A DNA stretch of 64,000 nucleotides from Octopus sinensis (Eukaryota): positions 8,742,001-8,806,000 of the forward strand of contig NC_042998.1 of the NCBI RefSeq assembly GCF_006345805.1, written 5' to 3'. Below, piece after piece: positions 1 to 10,264 of this stretch (position 1 is the stretch's first letter; every line of letters begins with the position of its first letter). The notes beneath the pieces were generated by a model. The model made no database searches. It was not told the DNA's origin and saw only the letters and a program-made list of their open reading frames with translations. The position numbers and the translations under genes were made by a program.

Positions 1-520
1 CGAGAATAAGAACATACTCTACAAATCTTTTTGTTGTTTTTTAAAGTTTTTATTACATTTTTTTATAAAGAGGAAACCCGATCGCTTTTCTTTTGCAAAG
101 GCGCCTAAAAAAATCGACACATTTTGTTACAGAAAAGTTTTAGGTGAATCGCACTCACAAACCATTAGAAACTTTATGCAAACGTAACTTTTTATATGCA
201 AAGTGGGATGATTAATTACTTCATTTGATTCATTTTTTATATAATTATTCATTTTATGTTTTGTTGGTTGTTTCATTTTTTTTTAAATATTTTTTTCCGA
301 TTACAATAAACTGAAACGCTTGATATGAATCCTTTCAGTTTTATTACATAAACAGTACTCGTTATTATTGACTTTTCTAACGGGACCATCTTGATAAAGT
401 TAAATATAAGATTCATATGAAAAGAGTGTCACGTGTTAATTTTTTTTTTTTTGTACTAATGTTTGTGAATAAATATTATATAGAATACTTCGTAATTTGT
501 TTTACTGTGTTTTTCACTTG

Positions 521-740
521 TCTTTACTCTCTCTTTTACTCTTTTACTCTTTTACTTGTTTCAGTCATTTGACTACGGCCATGCTGGAGCACCGCCTTTA
601 GTCGAGAAAATCGACCCCGGCACTTATTCTTTTGTAAGCCCAGTACTTATTCTATAGGTCTCTTTTGCCGAACCGCTATGTGACGGGGACGTAAACACAC
701 CAGCATCGATTGTCAAGTAATGCTAGAGGGACAAACACAA

Positions 741-803
<63 letters not shown>

Positions 804-970
804 TACGACAGGCTTCTTTCAGTTTCCGTCAACCAAATCCACTCACAAGGCATTGGTTGGCCCGGGGCTATAGCAGAAGACACTTGCCCAAGATGCCACG
901 CAGTGGGACTGAACCCAGAACCATGCGGTTGATTAGCAAGCTACTTACCACACAGCCACTCCTGCGCCTA
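521..970 (-). mobile_element. tRNA-derived SINE with CORE-like segment, internal (TA)n/(CA)n and (GAGTAAAA)n tail
   Basis: Minus strand reads GGCGCAGGAGTGGCTGTGTGG (A-box like), then GGTTCAGTCCC (B-box like), then CTTGGGCAAGTGTCTT (resembles the MIR/CORE motif CTTGGGCAAGT). An octamer tail lies at about 521-556. Confidence 0.75.
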
Positions 971-1233
971 TGTGGGTTTAAATTGTCTTTTCTTTTTCCG
1001 AACACTGACTCAACTGAAATTGCTGAACTGACTATAGAAAGATTGAGCTTCTTAGGTGGCGGGTAAGTCCCGTCTAGGGGAAAGAAAACCTTAATTTCAA
1101 ACCTGTGGAGGACCTCGTTCTGATAATTCCTACGTTGACTTTGACACTAAATTTTAACGGCCGTGCTGTTCCTTTGGATCCATCAGTAAAGTAGAAAGGG
1201 GAGCATGCTGTATGGACAACAACCAGTCCTCCA

Positions 1234-1433
1234 GGATCTTTTCGGTTTGACCGGCAGTTTTTTTCTAGCGGTGTCATATGAAATTGTCAGCCATAATTAT
1301 GACCCTAGTATCGATCTATTGCATTTCAATATGTTTAAGGGTTAGGGTTAGTTAGGGTTAGGGTTAGGGGTGGGGGGAAGGGTATTTTTTCTTCAGAAAT
1401 GTTAATAAACCCAATCTGTTTCTTATCCGAGGG
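1234..1433. mobile_element. Partial non-autonomous DNA element starting GGATCTTTTC, with a short (TTAGGG)n patch
   Basis: Starts with the same GGATCTTTTC terminus as 1434, 25078, 33437 and 37373. GGGTTAGGGTTAGTTAGGGTTAGGGTTAGGG lies at about 1339-1369. Confidence 0.5.
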
Positions 1434-1640
1434 GGATCTTTTCATTATCGTGGCCAGGACCGCAGATCTTTCTAGTTAACTAAATAATTTGAAACTTCGT
1501 GTAGTGGTAGAGTGTCTCAAAACAAGACACTAATTCCAACTTGTTTATTTGAGAAAAATCTATTTTATGACTTTAATCGTAGATTAAATCTGCGAATTTT
1601 AACCAATCATGTTGTCTGTATTGATCTAAAATTATTCGCT
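1434..1640. mobile_element. Terminal fragment of the GGATCTTTTC-TIR DNA element family
   Basis: Reverse complement of about 37190-37373, which is the right end of the TSD-flanked copy. Confidence 0.65.
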
Positions 1641-2699
1641 GCATAGTGTTAACTGTGACGTAGAAAGCTATTTTATCGTAAACAACTTTTTCGTACACAA
1701 ATTTTCAGTTCCCTAGAATTATATTTGAAACAAAATAAAAAGAAAAAGATTCATACGCATAAATATCCATCCTTAGACATCAGAAAGATTAGAAATGCAA
1801 CAAAAATTTAAAATACCGGATCTTTACCTTTCAAACTTCGTGGAGTATATATAAAATTTGTGTAGATCCTGAGTATATATAAAATGAGTGTTTAAATTAT
1901 TTTTCATTGTTTGCATTGGTTATGCATATATTTATTTTTAAACACACACACACACACACACATGTATACAAACAAATGCATATATATATATATACACCTA
2001 TACACACATATTCTAATGCATATGCATATATGTGTACATATTTATAATGTGTGTGTATTATAGATGCATACATTATATATATATATATAAAAGATGTTTA
2101 CATACAATATATATATATGTTATATACATCTACATGTATATGTATGTATGAATATATAAGTACCACAGAATTTGAATCAAACTGTTTTGATCCATACATA
2201 CATACATACACACATACTAAAATTACATCGTTGGAGCAGTAATTTATTTATGTATTTTTTGTTATACAATTTATTTTTAAGCTGAATCCCTATCCTGCCA
2301 TTAACCCCTTTCTTATAAAATAGTTGAAGAATCTGGGGTGTAGGAATTGGGCCAGTATTGGAACTTTTAACTTCTTGCTCTCTATCTTATGATCTCCGAA
2401 ATTTAAGAATCTTGTGTTAACTGGGCTCTTATTATTTACTCTGACTCTGCCACCACCTCAATGCAAAGACTATCAATATCAGAATCATCTTCACAACCAC
2501 CACTACAACCATTACTACAACCTCCAATGCCACCACCACAACCATCTTCTGCAACCACAACCCCAAGACCAGGGGTGGGTCAATATAGTTGACATTATTT
2601 CCTCCTATAAAATTTTTGGCTATGTACCTTTGTTAAAAATTCTTATTTGTATTAATATAAAGTGCGAGCAAGAGAACATCTGTAGGCTTTCTTAAACTG

Positions 2700-3590
2700 T
2701 TAATGTGAATGTAGATGATGTCTTTTTTCAACTTGTGTAAATTAATGTCTGATGAGAATGTGATTCCATGTAGAAGCTGCCATTCTGGAGATAAATGATT
2801 GGCTAAAATATTTAGTAAAAGGGTTCTAGCTGTGAGACATGTTAAAGATGATGATGTGGGCTAGTTTGATATAGTTTACAGCTTACTAATTCACAGGAAT
2901 AGTAGTGGGTGTTAGGGTTTTTTTCCCCATGTTTTATTTGAACAATTTGGCTGGATAAAGGGGGCTGTATCCTTGCCTTTTGCATTCCTTCTGAGACAAG
3001 AGCTGTGCCTTCAAAACTGGTAAGATTGACGTAGTTGATCTTGAATAAAATGTGTGGATGGCTGCAGAGGAAATAACATGGACAAGGGAATTTCAGAAGG
3101 ATGACAATCTGGTAAGAAAGAATTTAATGCTTAGTTTGCAGGTGAATTACATGCTACGTGATCTTCGAGCCGTTTGCCGCCAGATGATGTAACATGGTTT
3201 GTATCCAATATAGTAGTACCACCACTATTGCTATTATGGCCTGAAATATGTGGTACCAGTGTGATAAAATAAGATAATGCAGTAGCAATAACAACATAAC
3301 TATCTCTCAAGAACCAACAAATATTCCAAATGAACAAACCAACCCACACTCTCGAACTTCACTATGAAATAACACAAACTATATACACTCTCTCGGTTCA
3401 GTCCATTCCTCACAAGAGGGTACCTTGGCTCTCATCACAACACTGAGAGCGTAAGGGGTTACTAACTTTGTTCTGCTGACAAATTTCCATTTATTTATTC
3501 TTAAGCTTCTCTTACTGCTGGAAACCACCTCTGTCTGGTACTGGCATTTATGTGAACAATGTAGACAATTGACAAGTATCAAATGCCACA
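2700..3590 (-). pseudogene. Heavily decayed CR1/L2-group LINE reverse transcriptase 3' part
   Basis: Minus-strand remnants: AFDTCQLSTLF (AFDTV-like), KVPS (GVPQ-like) and FSQSFISRMAASTWNHI (F..SFF.R...LWN.L-like C-terminus). Many stops. Confidence 0.35.
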
Positions 3591-3679
3591 ATACATAAAT
3601 TCATTATTTATTAAAATTATCTTCAATTGTAGAAGTATCATAATTACTAAATGGTAATCGATTAGCATATTCAGGGCCA

Positions 3680-5940
3680 TTTAGTCACCTACCAATCTGG
3701 TAGACATACTAGTCAAATTGACTACATCCTCACTAGGAAACAGGAAAGACGACTACTTGTAAATGCCCAAACCTTCCCAGGTGAAGAATGTACCCCACAA
3801 CATAGATTAGTAGTTAGCGACTTCAGGATCAGGGCTAAATGGATGCCCAGAAGACGACCAGAATGGAGGAGAAGGGTCTGGAAGCTTAAGGATCCTGCAA
3901 AAAGAGATTGAGAGACATATTACTCAAAGCTGTGGAAGACAACTGGAGGTTTCTACAGGACAACCTTTTGAGGGCTAGTGACCAGATCTGTGGATGGTGC
4001 AAAGTCTCCTCTCAACCCTAAGTAATGTGGTGCTGGAACAATGTTGTTGACAGGGCTAGTAAGGGAAAGAAACAGGCTTTGAAGGACTGGAAGACTGGTG
4101 ATAGCAGGGAATTTGTATCAGACTGCCAAAAGGGAAGCTAGGAGATAGGTTTATTTGGCCAGAGGGGAAGCAGATAAGGAAAAATTTGCCAATGTTCTGC
4201 GCTGTGATGACCAAAGACTTGAAGTATTTTCCTGTTGCCAGACAGTGTGTGAGAGAGAATCGCGATGTCCTAGGAGAGAAATGTGTCCTCATGGGTGATG
4301 GTTCACTTGCTTTAAACGAAGCTGCAAAGAGACAGGTTTGGAGACGCCATTATGAAAGTTTGCTAAATAAAGTGAATGAATGTGTGAAAGAGAGTCTGCC
4401 GAATGCCGGCCCAACAGAGGGACCAGCTATCTATCTAAATTGACAGTGCCTTGATAGGTAAAGCAATTAAGGGTATGAAGACAGGGAAAGCCCCCGGACA
4501 ATCAGGAATCACCACAGAGATGCTCAAACTATCTAGCGGTGTCGGCTATAGGATTGTCAACTAGGTGATACATGAAGGAGTCATACCCAATGACTGGTGT
4601 AGCAGCACCATAGTCAACTGCTAACAAAGGTAAAGGTGACGCATTAGATACAAATAATTACAGAGGTATCAAGTTGTTGGATCAGGTAATGAAGGTCACG
4701 GAGAGGGTCATAGCCCAAGTAATTAGGGAGAGAGGCAGTCTAGATGAGATGCAGTTTCGGTTCATGCCAGGGGAAAGCACCACTGATGCTATATTTCTGA
4801 TAAGACAGATGCAAGAGAAATAGCTAGTCCAAGATAAAACTCTGTACCTGGCTTTCATTGACAGGGTTCCCCTGATCCCCTATCTGGTGGTCAATGAGGA
4901 AACTAGGGAAGGATGAATGTTTATTGAGAGCTGTACAAGCCATGTACAGTAAGGTGACAGTTGGCAACGAGTACAGTGAAGAATATCGGGTAGGGGTAAG
5001 GGTCAACCTAAGATCAGTCCTCAGCCCCCTCTTATTCATTATAGTCCTCCAGGCAATAACAGAGGAATTCAAGACAGGCTGCTCCTCTATGCTGATGACC
5101 TTGCACTAATAGCAGAGTCACTGCCGGAACTGGAGCCAAAGGTAAGGGCGTGGAAGCAAAGTCTAGAATTGAATGGCCTTAGGGTTAACCTAGCCAAAAC
5201 CAAAGTTTTAGTTAGTGTGCAGGCTGTCAAATCACAAACTCCTCTGTAGAAAAGGCATTGGTGTAGAAACTCCATACGATGCACCCGGTGTAGGTAGCTG
5301 GACACATAAAAGGTGCAGCAATATCAAAGGAAGGTTAACTGGGAAAATTATTTCTTGTGTGTGGCAGATGCAGTGGGGCAATAAACACTGAAGGTGTTCA
5401 GAAAACAGCTTCCATTACATGCCTGGGGAAGAAACTAGAAGTAGTAAACACTTTCTACTACCTAGGCGACCAAGTATGTAGTGGGAGTGATTGTTCTGCG
5501 AGTGTAGCAACTAGAGTAATAATAGCCTGAGCAAATTCAGGGAGCTCCTACCTCTGCTGGCAGCTAAATGCCCCTCACTCAGGGGGAAAGGTGGACTGTA
5601 TGATGCATGTGTGTGAACTGCCATGCTATAGAGTAGTGAAACATGGGCCATGAATGCCGAGGACATGCGTAAGCTTGCAGTATGCTTGAGTCAAGTAAAA
5701 CCAATACCGTAGCTGGGGGCCGGTGACCCGCTAGCTGGCTCCTGTGCTGATGAGACATAAAGAACACCCACTACACTCTCAGAATAGTTGGCGTTAGGAA
5801 GGGCATTTAGATGTAGAAATTATGCTAGCCTAGTTTGGAGCCTGTTGCAGCAGCTGGCTCTCCAAGACTTCAGTCAAACTGTCCAACCCATGCCATCATG
5901 GAAAACGGACGTTAATCGATGATGATGATGACAACGACGA
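3680..5940 (+). mobile_element. Decayed RTE-clade LINE (end of APE, RT, fused to 3' UTR/tail)
   Basis: Collinear with the RTE copies at 11153-13200 and 21345-24788 (for example VTYQSG.HTSQIDYIL, and YADD at about 5090). Many frameshifts. Ends in CCATG..CATGGAAAACGGACGTTAA..(GAT)n. Confidence 0.85.
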
Positions 5941-5971
5941 TAATTATATTAGTAATAAAGTTGGGTGCAGA

Positions 5972-6166
5972 CAAGCGATTTGTAGTAGAGAGCAATAGCG
6001 TTTGGAGCGAGCAAAACGTTGGCGGCCGGCGACGCAATCGATCGAAAAGCTGTCATCTCGGCGGCGATATCGCCTGTGAGTGTGTGTCCGGTAGCGTACG
6101 TAACACACGGACGCATCGCGTTTATGCACGCGGCTAAGGCAGCTATTGCTCTCTAATAATCGCTTG
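5972..6166. repeat. CpG-rich MITE-like segment bounded by ~25-bp inverted repeats
   Basis: CAAGCGATTTGTAGTAGAGAGCAATAGC (5972-5999) pairs with GCTATTGCTCTCTAATAATCGCTTG (6142-6166). Confidence 0.55.
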
Positions 6167-6479
6167 CTTTTTATTAACTTAATGCATTCTTCACTTCGGC
6201 ATACTGGGCAGAGATCGCATCGCATTCATGCACGCATTAGCTGTCTATCACCGCCTTAGCTATCATAAACAAGCACAAGTTCATGTATGATATTAATCTT
6301 TCTTCTACTTCAATTATTACATGGTTTTCTCTTATAAAAATACTCACATACAGGAGAAGTAAATTATACATATAATACTTAAATGTGGCTCTCGATAAGC
6401 AGTCAAAGTAATTACCTGATCAACAATGGGTTTTACTGCTAGTATATATGTACTAGCAGTATACAGGTGACCAAATCTG

Positions 6480-8065
6480 ATTTTCTATCTTGCAGTTAAG
6501 CAGATTCACTGTTTTAAAAATATCACTCAAGTATAATATTTTTTTAAAACTCAGCAAGTCTTTCCAAAATTTTATAGCTGTATCAGTTTGTCTTGGAGTT
6601 GTAATGAGTCATCTGACTCTTGAACATGAAAAAGTGGATTAATGGCTCCTACAAATTCACTAGTCTTTCAAGGCTCATGCCTTTTGACCCATCTTACTTC
6701 TGTGTGAAGCAATAGGGTTTTAAAATCTTCATCTTCACAGAATTGCATAAAAAATCTATTATTCACAGAGTTTGATTTGACAATGTTATTTGTATGTATG
6801 GAAGTGTTGAGTGCATTTTCCATGTGTCCTCCAATATTCTTAGCAACCACATGCTGTCTGTGGATAATGCAACGTATATTTAAAATGTGAGGAGCAACGA
6901 TTTCATTCTAGAAACAAAGCTTTCACTTTTCCAGTCATGGCTGCAGCTCCATATGATGCAGTGTTGATCAAATTAGTCGATGGAATATTTTTATCATTAA
7001 AATACTGCATTACTTCATTGAATATATCTTCTCCATTAGTTGTTTCAAAAAAACTTTTAAGGAATAACATTTCTTCCCTTATATCATCTTCATGGTTGAA
7101 TCTGACATAGACCAGAAGGATAACTTGGTTATGAATTCTGCTATCATCAACCTGGATAGAAAAATTGGTCGTTCGGAGAATTTCCACAATCTTCTTTCTC
7201 CTCAACAAAATTAGACATTTCATCCTGTCTTCTTGTAATTGTGTTATTCGAAAGTGGAATTGTACTCAGAGTAGGTTCAGCATCTTTTCCCAGAACCTCA
7301 TTTGCACAAGCTATCATAGCAGGCTTGACAAGATTCTCACCTTAAATCTGAGGTGCTGCAACCTTGGCAATAATTTCAGAAACCAAATAACTTGGTTTGA
7401 GTATCTTTACTTTTTCAATATTTATCTTCTTTACAAAGTCAGGTAGTTTGATTAGCTGTATTTTCTTTTATTCTCAAAATATTCCCGACCTTTACCAACA
7501 GATGATGGATGCCTTAATTTCTGGTGCTGCTCCAGCTTAACTTTCTTCATGGAATAATTTGTCATGATGGCATTATATTCAAGATACATAGGTTTTGAGT
7601 CTACAGATACAAAACCAAACACGATAAAATCTTCTTTGCATTTCTTCAGTTTTGCCTTTTTAGCAGTTGGTTCAGATATTATTACAACTGATCATAAAAA
7701 AATAAAAATAATAAATATTTTATTTCTATAAATTTAAAGTATCAAATTTATTATTAAACAATATTATGTAGTGATCTATTAAAAATATCGAATTTATTAT
7801 GAAACTGTTGTGATTATAAAATTTTAATTATGTAGTTCTTGATTGTAATATATCATTGATTATATATTATACATTATTGATTCTTATGGAATAATTATTG
7901 AATTTTGTTTTCTTATTATTATTCTGTCTTCATATAAATTATTATTAACTAACAGTGTCTTTATTATCGACAATATTGTGTAGATCTGAAATGGCTTCAA
8001 TTTTTTACGGCTACGAATTCTCTGGGGACCACTGGTAGGTTCCAGGACCACATTGGGAATCACTG
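6480..8065 (-). mobile_element. hAT Charlie/Buster-type DNA transposon remnant (transposase pseudogene plus 5' terminus)
   Basis: Transposase remnants: KTLLLHTEVRW (6668-6850), FSIQVDDS..LLVYVRF..EEMLF..TNGEDIF..GAAAMTG (6903-7223) and a degenerate BED-finger region at about 7450-7660. Terminus CAGTGATTCCCAATGTGGTCC starts at 8065, next to CTTTAAAC, an 8-mer with central TA as in Charlie target sites. Confidence 0.85.
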
Positions 8066-9137
8066 CTTTAAACAATACTGGATGAAATGAATATTGAAAT
8101 TATTTACAAATTTTGTTAGTACATGAAACATGTTATAATTTACAAGTTCCAGTAGAATATGTGACAAAGATAATATTCCTAGCTGAACTTATCCCCTTTA
8201 ATTTTCTTGTACCAGAAACTTCCAACCCCAGTCAATATTAACGCCAGATAACTTACGCAGGACATTTTCATAATAAAGAAGAAAAAATTAAAAGGCTTTT
8301 ATCTTTTTCTTTTAAACAAAAGAATTTTTATAAAGATATATATAAAGGATAGCTTTGTGGTTGAAAAATTTGCTTCACACCCATGGGTTTCTGGGTTCAA
8401 TTATGCTGTATGGTATATTGGGTAAGTGTCTTTTACTGTAGTCTTAGGTTGATCAATGTCATGTGAGTCAAATTGGGAGAATGATTCTATGAAGAAGCCC
8501 GCAAGATGTGTTTGTGTGTATGTGTGTGTGTTCATTACATGTTTACTACTCTAGTATACTAGGCTATCAAAGGTTACTTTCAATGAACAGGCATTGTTAA
8601 AATGGGACCCTGCCTATGTTTGAAATATCTCTAATATTGATAGGGTCAATGAAAGACACCCAAAGACAGTGCCTGAGCATGGTCATAGCACACTGACTGA
8701 AATTAATAAAAGAAGAAACAATTCTAGGTTTCAAAACATTTTTTAATGATAAACATCCAAATGTAAAGACAATGTTAAATGACTTTTCTCGGTGTAAATG
8801 TATGCATACATGCATAAATGGAATTTCCTTCTAAGTAGAAGTTCACCCGAAACAAAAGTCATGGAAATTATTAGGATGAATATTCTTTGGATGGGAGATC
8901 AGAATAAATAAAAGAATGCAAGTGAATGTGTCATGTAAAGTGGGATGGGTGGGTTGGTGAGGTGCACAGCTGCCTTCAGAAACAACAGTAAAACATCTTT
9001 GGTTTCATAATGGTTGAATCATTCGCCCAAAACAATGAGATTTTTGTTTCTTTTTTAAGACATGTAATAGTAGACATGTAGTGGGAGAATATTTATATTG
9101 ATAGGAATCATTAATTAACAAGAAAATAATTATACAT

Positions 9138-9184
<47 letters not shown>

Positions 9185-9329
9185 AAATGAGAAAATGGAG
9201 AAATATATCCAAATCAATCATCAACCATCAGATAATACCGAATCAATACTTTATTAAACCACTACAGAATAGCAATGATATTATACATTAATATAGTGCA
9301 AATATAACAAGACATAGAAATACATTTAC

Positions 9330-9455
9330 ATTGTAGCTGACAGCTGTTTCAGCCGTGAAGACAGGTATGTCCCATTTAACCTATTAGCCATATAAAGCAG
9401 GTATAAATGAGACATTAACAAGAATATTTCACGGCCTCTTCAGAGAATTTAATGC
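9330..9455 (-). ncRNA. Minimal type I hammerhead-ribozyme-like motif (canonical core, long stem II, weak stem I)
   Basis: Minus strand reads CTGAAGA-GGCCGTGAA...TTCACGGCT-GAA-ACAGCTGT-C. Stem II is 9 bp, stem III is the palindrome ACAGCTGT, and the cleavage triplet is GUC. Confidence 0.55.
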
Positions 9456-10264
9456 AAGTATGAAAAAAATTTACATATAAATATAAATATGTGTGCATAC
9501 ACACTCATATTCTTACATATATATAAATACACAATAATACAATATAAACAATATAGATCAATATACATCAACAGACACAATAATGTTCCATATTGAACTC
9601 CACAGTTCCATAACCAACATCAAGGAACCACAACATGTACACTCACACTCAAAGCAGGCATATATATTGAACAGTCCAATATATTAAAATGTGCCATTTC
9701 ACAAAAAGTCAATAAAATTAATATCACCACGACTGATACATATATATTTCAATCATATATATACATATATCATATGTATATATACATATAAATATCATCA
9801 AATGCATGTATGTATCTGAATATGTCTTGTTTGATTTACATGTTTTTCGAGTCAAGTATGTTTTAAATTAAAAAATGATTGAAGTATTCTTTCACAACCA
9901 GATGCCTTTCCTGTCATTAACACTTGACTGTGTTTTAAATAAGGAATCTCTTAATTACACATGTCTTGAAAGGCTTGAAGTAAGCAGACAATTTGTCAAC
10001 CAGAGAAATGACAACAGCAAACCTTGTAGCTTGCAACTTTTATAGAGCACAAACATAAACAGATATACACACATATTATATAGATAGATTTCTTACAGGT
10101 TCCATCTATCAAATTCACTCACAAGGATTTGGTCAATCTTGGCTATCATAAGTGATACTTGGCGAAGTTGCCATGCACTGGGACTGAACTCAAAACCATA
10201 TGATTAAGAAGGGAACTACGTGCCTGTGCCTTCTATCAGTCTTTCTGTACATATGTATGCGTGC

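Noticed and set aside
3000-3115. SCAFKTG..MCGWLQ..ITWTR looked like a MAM-domain start with GTAAG donors
   Set aside because: It needs frameshifts and contains stops, and the opposite strand fits a decayed CR1/L2 RT collinear with its neighbours.
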